A DNA stretch of 64,000 nucleotides from Tetramitus jugosus. Taxonomy: Eukaryota > Protista > Heterolobosea. The notes beneath the pieces are model-generated. The model was not told the origin of the DNA. It saw nothing but the letters and a program-made list of their open reading frames with translations, and did no database searches. Below, one piece after another: positions 41,925 to 54,532 of the stretch. Both the position numbers and the translations under genes were made by a program. Location of the stretch: assembly GCA_937625935.1 (NCBI GenBank), contig OW569355.1, forward strand, positions 372,001-436,000. The letters are read 5' to 3'. The stretch's first letter is position 1. Every line of letters starts with the position of its first letter.

Positions 41925-43055
41925 TTATAGTCCAAGAAACATGTCATCGTTACTGGCGTCATCATGAGTCACTTGTTGCGAACACATGTGATCAAACTGA
42001 CTGAGCGAACCACCTTCATCGCCACTCGTTGTTTGACTACCACTCAACTGCACTGTGCTCTGTAGCTTACCACTAGGACTACCAAACTTATTGGTGATCT
42101 TCTTTACGAGCTGATGAGGGACAGCAGTAGCAGTAGCTCCTCTCTTTTGGTGGTTGTTGTTGTCCATTTTCTTTTTCTTCATGGGTGGTGACATGGGCTT
42201 TTGAAATTCAAATTCATCTTCTCCGTCGTCATCATAATCATTCGCTAACGTGGTAAATGTACCGGGTGTGATTGTCTTGCTTTTTTGTTGTTGTTGTTGT
42301 TGCACATGAGATGACTGAGATGATGATTGTGAATTATTGTCTTCATTATTCGCAGCATGTTTCTTGTTCTTGTTCCTATTCTTTTTCCTCTTTTTGCGAC
42401 TATTGTTCTCTTGACTTGTTGGTTGACTATTGTTGTTGCTACTACTAGTACTACTAGTAGTAGTACCTCCAATCATTGTATTGTTCGATTGCATAGTCAA
42501 TGAGAAACCACTCGACGAAGAAGTTGTTGTCGCTGCTACTGTCGCTGCTGGAGCAGAAGCATTGTTGAGCTTTGATTGTGGTGTAGCCAAATCTCTCAAT
42601 CTTCTCTTGTTGTTCGCATTCAACTGTGATTGTGATTGTTGCAACAATGTTGATGATTCATCCTGTGAATAATTTTGTGATTCTTGTTGTTGTTGAGATG
42701 CTCCTCCTACTTTTTGATTCTTTTTCTTCTTTTGATTTGCTTGTTGTTGTTGTTGAGTGAAAATGTTTGATGTTGTTGTTGCTTTTGTTGCAGTGAGAGG
42801 TGATTCTTCAATCATTGTTGTTTTCGTAGCTGCTGCGACTGTTGTTGCTGCTGTAGCTGCAGTTGTAGATTGTTGTTTGAACCGTTGTTGTTGTTGTTTG
42901 ACGACATTGGAGGGAGTAGTTGATGTGGTCGTAGAGGTGGTAGGCAAGAATGATGACGGAACAACAAAAGTATGAGAAGATGCCACGACGGTACTGTCGA
43001 ATGATAAGAGTGGTATCGTGTTCGAGTAGAGCAATTGTGATATTTTGGCTTGCAT
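41925..43055 (-). CDS. Low-complexity nuclear-looking protein with SQ/TQ clusters
   Basis: Long ORF with first ATG 43055. S/T/Q/N-rich, with basic NLS-like patches (RKKRKKNRNKNKK, MKKKK) and an acidic-hydrophobic C-terminus. Confidence 0.65.
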   Translation of the reverse strand: MQAKISQLLYSNTIPLLSFDSTVVASSHTFVVPSSFLPTTSTTTSTTPSNVVKQQQQRFKQQSTTAATAATTVAAATKTTMIEESPLTATKATTTSNIFTQQQQQANQKKKKNQKVGGASQQQQESQNYSQDESSTLLQQSQSQLNANNKRRLRDLATPQSKLNNASAPAATVAATTTSSSSGFSLTMQSNNTMIGGTTTSSTSSSNNNSQPTSQENNSRKKRKKNRNKNKKHAANNEDNNSQSSSQSSHVQQQQQQKSKTITPGTFTTLANDYDDDGEDEFEFQKPMSPPMKKKKMDNNNHQKRGATATAVPHQLVKKITNKFGSPSGKLQSTVQLSGSQTTSGDEGGSLSQFDHMCSQQVTHDDASNDDMFLGL

Positions 43056-43245
43056 TTTTCGTTGTTTGGTTTTGATTGTCGGCGGTTTGGCGGATTTTTT
43101 TTGGTTCTCATTTTCCAATAAAAACTGGAGTAAATTCCGGTTATTTTTTCGCGACCCCAAGTTTCGAATACAACCGACTGAAAATCAGAATAAAAATTGG
43201 GCGCGTTCATGGTGGTGACCTACTTTTATTATGGGTTGTCACCCC

Positions 43246-45004
43246 TTAGGAGCTGAATAAGACAACTGAGTTGATATGTTCATTCCTCATCACCTCGAAT
43301 ATACAGTTTGCATAGGCATAAAATCGTGTGCCTCCAAATGGATTGCTTGCACTGGTAGCATCATTTACAAGTGGTTTGCTGCATTGCTCATCCTTCAAAT
43401 ACTCTTGAACCTGAGAGTACTTGGTATCTGCTGTTATCACCTCGTGCTTGTGCTTTAAGACAGATGCTGATTTGCCGAATTGCTCCACTTGGATTTTAAA
43501 GTTGCACTTGACATAGATGTTAAAGTCTTTGCTGCCAGGGAAATTAGTGTGCAAAATAATCTTTTGTACCATGTGTGTCTGTCCATTGAACATGATATCG
43601 AATCCCAAATGGAAGTAATTGTAAAAGTAATCGACAGCAGTGAGCGATTGACCATTTCCACCATTTACATCATCTGCCAACTCAACAATCACATTTGCGC
43701 TGTTGCTGCTGCTATTGTTGTTATTAGCGGCAGAGCCATTCTTGCCTGTTGCACTGTCTGTGTTGGTAGTGTCAGCGAGTCGATTGCTGCCAATGTTGAT
43801 ACTGTGAGTCTTCTTTGGCCTAATGGCATGAATCCTCAGTTTATCATGCTTCTTGTAGTGTATGTGATTGGGTGCGCCGAGAGCCATCAACACATCCTGT
43901 ACCGTATCACCAAAACGCACAGATTTAGCAATAGAGGCACCACTACCACTCGTGGTAGTGGTCGTGCTGCTGTTGTTGTTGTTAGAGCTCAAACCATGGT
44001 GATTGTCATCATTGTTGCTCACAGTGATTCCCTGACCGACTTGTACATGAACACACCTTGTAATGGTTTCTTGATAACTGTCATGGTCAAACTCGTGAGG
44101 CAAATTTGGATTCTTGAAATCATGACCATTGTAAACATAGGCGTTCGTAGCAATAGGTGTTGTTCCATTGGAGAACTCCATGGGCATTGTCATTTCACCA
44201 CTTTGCTGTTCTTGTTGCTCTTGTTGCTTGTGAAACATTTCGGCAAACATGGGTGGAATCGGAAAGACAAACGTTATGCCAGGATACGACAAGTAATAAT
44301 TACTGGTCAATGGGTCAAAGAAGCCAGGATACGTCGGTCCAAACACTTGATAAATCCTATACATTGATTTAAATTGTTAGATAACTATGTTCAACATACA
44401 CACACACATACCTCGGAAGAAAAAACAATCAACAAAATACGACGTACTTTACAAATGTTGTCTCATCGTCATTGTGATGAAATCCACTAAACTTTGTTCC
44501 ATAATAAAACAAATTCAACTGATTCACATAATTCATCTCAATCATCTTCAATCGCTGTGATTTGCTCTCGAATCTCAACACGATTCCATCGTCGACCAAT
44601 CGAAGCACCAAATCGGATCTCAATGGATGACTCTGATCATATATCACTTCAATTTTATTACTGCCCAATGATGTTGATGACGATGATATGGATCCTACGT
44701 GATTGTTTTTTGTATTTGCACTATTAGTATTATTGTTCATTTGAATGTTGTTGTTTGTATGTACATGATTATTTACAACAGTGGGATTATTTGGATGGAT
44801 GGACATGTTGTTCGTGGTGGTTGTTGTTGTTGTTGTTGTTGTTGCGGGAGTGGGAGTTGGATAATGCACAATTTGTGTTGTTCGATGGTTGAGGATAAGA
44901 TTTTGAATACGGAATGATTCTTGTTGCAGGTATTGAATGGCTTCAGAGATGGACATGCCCAGTCGGAATGGACCTACATGAACACCTGGTTTAACATCCA
45001 ACAT
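43246..45004 (-). CDS. PHAF1: PHAF1/C16orf70 (UPF0183) family protein
   Basis: Intron 44447-44357. PG..VGPFRLGM, DGI.LRF...QRLK.IE, FGPTYPG, DYFYNYF.LG.DI, ILHTNFPG..DFN.Y.KCNF and NPFG.T.FY. Confidence 0.92.
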
Positions 45005-45219
45005 CAGTACAGTATTATGCGTGAGTGCGTGCGGTTTTTTTATTCGTTGTTGGTTTTATTTTTTGTTGTTTTGTTTTTTGGTGTCGGCCAAAAACAGTTC
45101 CGAACACAAAAATAGATGACGACTTCCCGCCTTTGGCTCATTTACAGAGCTCATCATCCTCGAGGTGTAAGCTCATTAGGAACTTTGAGAACGAAATCAA
45201 CGAGGGATATGCTTTATGG

Positions 45220-46262
45220 ATGAAGTTCGCGAGTAACAAGACAAGTAACGTAGCTTCTCCTCCTACTCCCAAACGATCGGAGTCTTCATTGTTTCGAGAT
45301 CTGGTGCTCTTTACATCTGAACTAGCATCGGATCTCAAACTCTCAACAAAAGTTGCATCTCATCCTTCCAATTCTCTTCCATCCTCGATATCGAACAGAA
45401 AATCCCCCAGTAATATTCAGAGTAGCGATAATGATCGTCGAAAAGCTTACAAGAAGCTTCCAACGGACAGTATCTTAACGAGTTTTGAAAGTGATAATGA
45501 AGAAGACAATTCTTTCTTGAGTGTTTCAAGTAAAGATGTAAATAAGCACGATGATGAGTATGGAGGAATACCCATTGTTCATGATAAGAAACAGTTATCT
45601 CCAAACATGGACTTGAGCGATTTGGATGACATTTTGAACACATTAGACTCGCCTCGGAGTAGAGCTGCGAGCAGAAACTCCCTTCATTCCCAGGGTCATG
45701 TTTCGAAGGATGACGAATATGTTTTGACTCGGTCAAATAGTCGAAGGACCATGGAAGCTCTCCTTACAGTAAAAGCACCATCTTCTCTACCGAGCTCTCC
45801 ATTCTTAAGACGAAATACTGTGGCCACACCTCATCATAGCCATTATACATACCGAGGGTCGGGTTCGATTGACAGAGAATTAAAATGTTCGTCAGTGTAT
45901 ATTGGTGGAGCATCTGTTTCAACAGGGCGTTCAACTTTTTCTCAACAAAGGTATGTTTGATTGGTGTTCGTATCTAGCATGAAGAGAATGAATAATAACC
46001 TTGCATGAATAGGCGGTGCGACAACATGACCTGTACGAAATGTGATTACAAAGTGACAGTTTTCGATCATCACCAATGGGATGATTCTTGCTATTATCTG
46101 TTTTTCAGGAATAACTATCCAGACACTTTACAAACGAAACTACTGAAAGTTCCTGGTGTGTCTGCTTACTGCTGTCAATGTACTTGGCTGAGTGTTGACC
46201 GGTTAATTAGAACGTCTTCTGATGATAATCTACACTGGGTATGCAGCGGTCACACTTCCTAA
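45220..46262 (+). CDS. CFAP418: CFAP418/C8orf37 ciliary-base protein (RMP domain)
   Basis: Intron 45951-46012. KC..VYIGG, CDNM.C..CD.KV, YLFFRNNYP, AYCCQC.W and WVCSGH. Start is uncertain: ATG 45220 or 45607 (MDLSDLDDIL). Confidence 0.88.
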
Positions 46263-46308
46263 ATTTATAAACTATTGTATTTATGAGACATTTATGTATT
46301 ATTATCGC

Positions 46309-48295
46309 TTACTCGTTCAATGCGTCAATGATTTTGTTGAGCTCCTCAGTAAGAGCGTCGTATTCCTTTTCCAATGGTTGGATGGTCTTGGCGACTTCGG
46401 ATGTGGACTTTGACGAGGAAAGACCTGCTTTCTTTGTAGTAGCAAGTCTTTGCAAGGAAGCAAGCTTGTTACTTTCAACCTTCAAAGCCTCTACAATCTT
46501 ACTGGCTGGTTCTTGTACATTCAAGTCTCTCAACTTCTTCACAATAACATTGATTTCTTCGATCAATCTGTCTCTGGTGCCTGAAACATTCTTAAGGGCG
46601 CTTTCAAAGGCAGTAGAGTTGGCATCACGAATCTTCTGCACACCACTCTCCAAAGAAGAATACAAGGAGTTGATTTGCATTTGCTTCTCAATATATAGCT
46701 CAACAAGCTCGGCGCTTTCCAATTCTCTTTCTTCAGCAATTTGAGCCTCACTCTTCTGAATAGTCAAATCAACTCTTACGTAAATCATGATAAATAGGCA
46801 GAATGCGAACAAACCACCAATCACCAACAATGGTTCATGCAAGATAGATGTAGAAGCGAATCTATAAGTAACGATAACATCTTGGTTGTGCTCAGGAACC
46901 AGTCTAGTCTTCTTCAACACAACAACTGTTCTTCCAGTTGTATCCAAATAAGTCTTCAAGATTTCTCTGGATTCGGATTCAACTTCAAATGGCGGAACAA
47001 CCTTAACATCCTGTGCGCCCTCAGGGATCACAATCTTCAAAGTCAAATCGTCAACAGGAGCAAAATCAAAAGGCACAGAGAACTTGGTCTTCAATTGATA
47101 CAAATCTCCCTTTGTGCTCAAGAACGGATGAGTTGGCAAATTGTAACCAATGGTGAAACGAATTCTCCAGCCACCGAACAATGGGAATCTTGGCAAAAAG
47201 TCGACTTCGACAGCCTTGGATTGTGGACGAACGGTGGATGTTGAAATGTTACCAATACGATCACGGAAGTAAATATCAGCAGCAGTAGGTGGCAACTTGG
47301 CGGTCAATGTTCTGAATGTGGCAGGTGAAGTTTGAGATGGACCCTTGGAGTACTCAGATCTGGAGAATTCACCTTCAAACTCTGCTCCACCATGTTTAAC
47401 ATCATACTGCTCCTCAACAGCAATATTACCCCAGTGAGACACTTCAACCAAACGCTCCACCTTGGACACAACAACGTATGGGTTATTGTTCTGATAGTGA
47501 ACCTTGATGGCACTAAAGGCAAATGGCTTTTGATTCATGTATGGACCATACACGACACTAGCTCCTCTCTTTTCACTTGGCTTGACACTATTGGTAAAAG
47601 ATTCAATGATAGTGGTTCCCACATCAATTGTAGTCTTTTGGGTGGAGATGGAGTATGGTGAATAAAAGTAGGCATTGTCAGAGTACAAGAGCTTTTGATT
47701 GTCTCTCTGAGAAATTTTCTTTGGGAATGGAGTTGTGATTTCATTGGCCAACACCATCAAGACTCGCAATTCAATCTTTTGCTTGGATTGAATGGCCTTC
47801 AATAGCTCAACTTCATAAAATAGGGCATCACTATGATTGTTTGTTTATCAATGAATGTGTGTTAGCAACAATATATCAAGGTTGATCGTTGTGGCGAGAA
47901 AGAGAAAAAAAAATTGATCAAAAAAAAAAGATTGTGCCATAAAAATTTTGGGTGTGAACAACACTTGACACATACGATTGGAGCTTGTCTTCGTAACCAA
48001 AGTGTGAAATCTTCAATTCTTGTCCATCTTGAGTCACCTTCAAGAATGACAAATGCTTCTTAGCAAAGTCCTTTGGCAGAGTGAGATGGAAGAAATTGGT
48101 AGGCTTCTCACCAAAATTGACCACCTTCAAAACAATGTTTTGTCGTACAATGTTTGGCTTGGTAGCATCGATCGTTCTGGTCACATCATCGATCGTTAAG
48201 CTGTTGTACACGTTGTTAGCACCACTTGTAGCAACAATAGTGGAGATCAAGAAAAATAACAGGAGACAAGAAAGAATGAAAGCTTGTTTGATCAT
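46309..48295 (-). CDS. RPN1: Ribophorin I, oligosaccharyltransferase subunit
   Basis: Signal peptide and intron 47975-47831. EVSHWGNIAVEE, FSR..Y, YFRDRIGNISTS, PRFPLFGGW, TYLDTTGR and EPLL followed by a TM helix. Confidence 0.96.
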
Positions 48296-48479
48296 GATCT
48301 CTCCCCACACAAAATTTTTGATTTTTTGGATTGTTGTTTTTTCTTCTCTTTGTTGTCATCCCAAGCGGAGAAAAGTTCGATCTTGTTGTTTACACCAAAG
48401 ATCGGAGTTGGATCTTCCCTCTCAAATTTGTTTACCTTTACCGCCTTTGACGTTTCTTCTGCCCAATAGAGTTACGAAA

Positions 48480-51400
48480 ATGTCGAGTGCTAGGTATGAT
48501 ATCGAAGCCATCAAGGTATGCTTCATCCCTTTCTTCCTAGAGTTATTATCTGAACCAGAACTCACCTCATATCGATAGGAACGAATAGCTAGACAGAGAC
48601 AGGCACTGCTCACCGAGTACAAGAATCCTTTAGGAACAACCTTAAGCTCCCAAATCAACTATTCTGACCACAAAAACAATTCTCAATCATTCATCACTAC
48701 GATTGTTACGAAGAATGAAACGGTTACTAGGAAGTATCTGAATGAGAGCCAAGGGTCCCAGCTCTCTCATCCAACGACTCATAATTCGAATACTAACACC
48801 TCTAAACAATACTTAAACAATGAATCTGTGATTGATAAGGACTCTCTTCACCTTAACGTCTCCAAGATTCTGCCTCGATTCCCTGGAGATGAAGATGAGG
48901 ATCACTCGGTTGATGACGATGAACAGATGAGTTCAAATGATGATATCTCTCCTATTCCTAAAGAAGAAAGAGCGTATAACAACCCAACAAGGACTCTAGT
49001 CGAGTCTGAGAAACAACTATTTTCTGTTTCGGATGCACACACGAATGTACACTCATCAATCGACAAGGTACCGACGAGAGAAGATCAGAATGAAACACAT
49101 TCATCTTCAAATCGCATACGGCAAAAGTATAATTTATCGAGATCCTCTTCAGATATGATTCAAGAATCAAAATTAACTAGTGTCAGGCCTTCTCAACATG
49201 CACATGGTGATGACGACGAACAGGAGGTTAACCAAGAAGGAAACTCCTATGAAGATCCGGACGTGAACACTGACGAAATGTTGGAAGAAAACCCAATAAT
49301 GTTGGACCAAGTCCCAGCTGACCCCGAGTATAATTTCTCTATGACCGACAAAATTAAATTGAAGCAGGAACGCTTAAACGAAGCCATTAGTCAAGCTAAG
49401 AAGATTGAGAGAGCAATCGAATTGAGTGAACAAAAAGAGGAAGAGCTAAAGAAGGAGCGATTAAGAGAAGTTGAATCTCAGAAAATTAAACTTCATCAAA
49501 TGAACCTTGAAGTTGAACAACTGAAGGATCGGTTAGAAGTTCTACGAACTGAAAGCGACGAGCTTCATTCCCATATGAACTCTGAAGAGAAACAATACTT
49601 TGATCAATTGGGTGGAATAGAGAGAAGAAAAGGTTCCACTCACAGAGAACTGGATGCTATTACCAGCAACTTCAACAAAGAGGTTGAGCAGAAAGAAGTG
49701 AATCACCATTTATTCGAAATGGAGATGGATGAATTGAAAAAGAAGGTTGAAATCCTAGGAAACAAAGAAAAGGAAAAGAGAAAGGAGATCGAAGCAAAAG
49801 AACGAGTAATAGAATTATTGAAACAAGAAGAATCGGCTACGATGGCCTTGTTAGAGGAATATGATTCTGAAGATCTTCCTTCAGAATTACAATCATACAT
49901 GAACAAATTAAAGTCTTTCCAAAAAGAGAAAACAGATCTGGTATTGGAACTGGAAAAGTATAGAAGATTGTATCCACTAGAGGTTTCCCTCGTGGAAAAA
50001 CAAGAGGAATATGATTCGGTTACCTCCAATCTTACGAACTTAAAACACCACTTTATAGATCGTAGAAAACAAATCCAAATATCCATCGATGAAATGCAAA
50101 AACAACTGTGGAGAGAAGAGGAAGAAAATGAAAGATTTCGAAAAGAGTTTAATGATTATCGAAAGAGAGAAGAAGAAGCAATTTATAGTGAAAAACGAAA
50201 AATAGATGCTGCTAGACGAGTCATTGATATTAACGCAGAAGAATTGAGACAACAAGAGGAAGTAGTTGAGAGAGCCAAGCATTCGTATGAAGAGTATGCT
50301 GAGCAAATGACCCTGCAAATTAGATTACTTGACCTCGAAATTAAAGGTGTTGATGACAAGATCATCGAATTAACCCGGACCAAGATAGAAAAGTCTGGTT
50401 CATTGTTCAAGAGATTTGTTGAGTCCATCGAGGAGTATGAATCGACCAAAAAGGGAGTTGAAACAAACACATGCCTCTCAGAGTTAGAGATGAGAACTGA
50501 TGCATCTGATGATTTAATAGAAATGTGTGAAGAACTTCAACCGATCATGATTGAATCCCCAGTGATGAAAGTAATAGATTCATTGGATAACAGTTTGATC
50601 ACTATTCTCCAAATGCATTACCCTGATATCCAAGAGAAAGAAGGAATACTCCAAGAAGTTCTTAGTAATGGAGATGAGAGTCAACGCACTGTAAGAACTC
50701 TCTCAGATGAAATTCATCACCTTCAAAACCGTATCTTAATCACTTTCAAAGAAACCCTATTTAACTATACCATCGACGCAGTAGAGAATAGTGACACGTT
50801 TGATGTCCACGAGAAATCTTTGCACCTCATGGACAATGCATCACTCTTCCCGGAGATGAAGCAAAAAATTCAAATCGAAATGAACGAGTTGAACGAGAAG
50901 AAGAAATATATCGTCGATATCATCATGCAGTTTGACAACCATAATCTCGAAAAATCTATTCAACTTCAAGTATTTTCGCAGTGGAGATCGATCTTAATAT
51001 CGCAACATGAAACTAAATTTTCTGTGCTAACAAATGCTGAGGAGGTCATGAACCATTACCTCGAATCAATGAACAGCAAAACTCAATCCTTACGAAGAGA
51101 AATCGAGGCTGCATCTGATGTGATCCAAGTGAGTGATTGGATCGAAAGAAGCGAAAAACTGAAGACAAGAATTAATCAAGAACGACAAAGAATGAGCACA
51201 TTTGCCCAACATATCAGTGGTCTGGAAGAGCAAGTCACTTCCCTGTCATCTGAAAAGAAACAAGCAGAACAAAAATGGGATGAGTTAGTGGAACAAGAGA
51301 AAGAATTCGAGGTATCGTCTCACTTTGAACGTAACTCAATACAAGAGGATCTAGCAATTCAATACAAAGCTCAGTCTCAATCAGAAATGATCGCTGCTGG

Positions 51401-52835
51401 AGATAGATTGACCACTTTTACCAAAATAGTTAGGAAGGTACAAGAAATCTCGTCTTACTTAGAGGAAGCCAAGGAACGATCAGAGACTGATGGTACTTCT
51501 GAATTAATTATCTATTCTATCGATACTCAAACAAGGGTACAACAAGAAACCTCCCGAATTCAAGCTGATCTCCTCGACATTCAGTTAGAGTTTTCAAACC
51601 TGGTGAATGAGATGACTATAATATCAAAAGAAAAGAGAAGACTCGAAGAACAAGTACAAAACTTGATACTGGAGGAACGACAGAGTGATGACATTCAACA
51701 CCATGAAATTTTTGTGAAACAAACCAAGAAGGAACAATTGTCTGATCTCTTCTATGAATTAAGTCAGCAAGAGATACAAACACGACAAGAGTTTGACCAA
51801 CTTTCCATGACACATAAGAAGAGGATAGAAGAAAAAAGAAAAGAAATTATTAGAACAAATGCATTGTACAACCAACATAAGAAGAATATTGGTCCCATGA
51901 AATCTCAGATTGACGCTATTGAGGCTAGATTCTCTTCTGAAATATCAAAAATTCGTGGACAAAGACAGTTATTGAGACATAGATTAGATCTGAAGATCAA
52001 AGCTATTGACAACCTAAACCAAACTGTGGATCTCGGCGTACCATCAAAACAAGCATCATCTAAGCAGAAAGTAAGAAATGTTCAGAAACCACCTGAAACA
52101 GAATCAAACACCTACTTTAAGATGTACATTAAGAAGAAAGACCCTGAGCAAGAAGAAAAACAATCTTTGAGTGATCTTAACCTGATGTTTTCTCCAGTGC
52201 CTAAGGTTCACACCAAAACACCTCCCCATCCCCAGGTAGTACCGGCTCTATCCAACCCGGAGAAAGAGGATGTAGAACCTGCAGTGTTGAAGCAATCTCC
52301 TCTTCCAAGTACGAATATTTTACGTCATATTAACCGCGATGCCATTGGAAATGCAGGTTTCGAAGGAACCAATGTTGCTTATATTCGTCTCTTTGGCCCT
52401 CAAACCAAACCACTAACGGAAGAGGAAGTCCAGCATTTGATCTCTCTTACTTACTTTATGTGCAATGGTACTCTTCTGCACAAGAAAAGGGAAAAGGCCG
52501 TATCACAACAATCGGTGAAAGGGAGTTATGACATACGACACATGAGTCTATCCCCAGAACTTACGAGACTGCAGATTCGAGACAAGAAAAAGAAGGTGCC
52601 TGAGTCTTTCATAAAAATCGAGCATGTACTCAAGGTTCAAGTCGATTCGAGACCAATGTCGGACAGTCTTGCTTTCTCTCTAATATTGAAAGATAAGAAG
52701 ATCAGTTTCCTTACTTACGATGAGAATGACTTCCAAAAATGGGTGCAAGGAATTAGAATTCTTGTTGAGAACAAACTTCATCTATTTTCCTTGAAATACA
52801 ATATCAAGGACGTGCTGAATGGCCATTCGTTGTAG
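48480..52835 (+). CDS. Giant coiled-coil protein with C-terminal PH domain
   Basis: A 36-nt exon 1 (MSSARYDIEAIK) plus intron 48516-48578 extends the 1335-aa ORF in frame. C-terminal PH pattern: M.NGT.LHK…R.MSLSPEL…AFSLIL…FQKWVQGI. Confidence 0.8.
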
Positions 52836-52941
52836 AGTAAAAACTCCTTGTTATCATTAGTTATTGTTTCTTCCGGCTGGTCTGAAATAACCACCAGCAC
52901 TCTCGAACAATCATTTTATTCTGAGTTGGCGTACGACTGCC

Positions 52942-54072
52942 TTAATAGACGTAAGGTACAATCATGTATGGAACTTGCTTGCAATATCTGTTCCAGTCCT
53001 CTCCATACTTTACAGCACAGCGGTCATTGTCTCTCTTGGCTCGATGAATCAACAAAATAGTCAAATAGATTGGATATAACCATGGCAACACGTAAGCAAA
53101 TCCGCATGGCATACTCATGGACAATGCAATCATAATATCACCCAAATAATTAATCTTTCTAGCAACGCCCCACCATCCAGAGATCATGAGCTTTGTTCCT
53201 CTCTTGGTCTCCAGAGATTTTGCAGGCTTTCCCCAAATGTACACATTAGGATTCTGACGGAATGCAAACTTTTGATAGTTGGCCTGTCTGAAAATATAGA
53301 AACCGACGAAAAAGACCAACACGGTCAAAACAGCGTACCACGATGGGATGTTGGCACTATCAATCAGATATAGGGATTGCAATGAAAAGACATAGGGAAT
53401 CCAGACGTAGTCTCCCATGACCAACATGAAGCCAAAATTCTCTTCAATAATATCAAACATGTACACGAGTCCACTCTCGAACCAGAAGCAATCAATCGAG
53501 TACCACAGACTAATCAATTGGAAGAGAATCATGGGAGTAGAAATAGTACCATATCTCTCATATTGAACAGCCAAACTCGAAACATTCAACAATGACAACA
53601 GAATGAAACCAGGGCGATAGGCAAACAACTTGATCTCAAAACCAAAAAAGTGTGGATTCAATTCGGTACCGACCCACAGGTTCATTGGAACATTCCACTT
53701 TGGATAATGAAAGTTTTGTTGTTCTGTTGGGATCCACACCAGTGATCTCACATAGAGAAACAATGTCAAACCGACAGTAAACAATAAATCAGTGGTCAAC
53801 AATGCACCATAGTGATCATAGAGAATGGTTGCATTGAAAAGCTTAAAAACAAAGGAAGCCAAAACAAACAAGACAATCGCAGACAAGTGAACCCATGTTC
53901 CATTGAGCTTGTATGGCAATTGTTTACCGTCCTTTAGCTTTGCACCGAGGAACCATTTGCCTGGAATGACAATGGTAGCAATCACAGAGTAAAGAACAAT
54001 GGAAGAGAAGATGACAATGGATTCGTAGTCTGGTGCACGGATACCACTCTTTGCTACACTAATGAGATCCAT
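52942..54072 (-). CDS. ERG24: Delta-14 sterol reductase (ERG24/FACKEL/TM7SF2 family)
   Basis: G.ELNP, RPG, DIIEENFGFML..GD..WIP..FSLQ, QK..FR.NP, SGWWGVARKINYLGD and HRAKRD..RC..KYG..W..YC..VPY. The exact reductase subtype is inferred. Confidence 0.85.
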   Translation of the reverse strand: MDLISVAKSGIRAPDYESIVIFSSIVLYSVIATIVIPGKWFLGAKLKDGKQLPYKLNGTWVHLSAIVLFVLASFVFKLFNATILYDHYGALLTTDLLFTVGLTLFLYVRSLVWIPTEQQNFHYPKWNVPMNLWVGTELNPHFFGFEIKLFAYRPGFILLSLLNVSSLAVQYERYGTISTPMILFQLISLWYSIDCFWFESGLVYMFDIIEENFGFMLVMGDYVWIPYVFSLQSLYLIDSANIPSWYAVLTVLVFFVGFYIFRQANYQKFAFRQNPNVYIWGKPAKSLETKRGTKLMISGWWGVARKINYLGDIMIALSMSMPCGFAYVLPWLYPIYLTILLIHRAKRDNDRCAVKYGEDWNRYCKQVPYMIVPYVY

Positions 54073-54532
54073 TTTGTTGTTTGAACTGTGTCAATAAGTT
54101 AGAACGATCTTTTGGTGGTGGTTGTTTGTGGTGTGTTTTTTGAGTGTGGAGCTTCTGAGCATTTGGGAGTTCACACACGTTTCAATCAAGATGGATGTCC
54201 GGTACGTCCGTCGACGTTCATTGCGGGAGGTGTTACCGACAGAGTCGGAATGATAGTTTCAGGAAGCTTCAACAAGAAAGATTTGGTACAAAAATAAAAA
54301 AATTTCTCGTTTCAAAAGGTTCAACGAAAAAAGGAGGGTTGGTGGTGAGTTCCTGTGCGCTCGGTGGTTCGAGACGCGTGTGTAAAAGAAAAAAAACATG
54401 TGCATTTGACCCCAAGAAATTTTTGAGGTATCAAAGCACTAACCTCAGAAAAGCCTTTCTCCCCTTTTTTTGCACAGAAACAACCCTCCACCACCACCCA
54501 ACATCAACAAAACCATCAACTAACACAACTAT

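Noticed and set aside
43480-44367. 295-aa plus-strand ORF
   Set aside because: Antisense shadow of PHAF1; its V/I-rich composition mirrors the AAC/GAC codons on the other strand.
54335-54380. GGTTCGAGAC B-box-like sequence suggesting a tRNA or other Pol III gene
   Set aside because: No cloverleaf, acceptor stem or clear A-box could be built.
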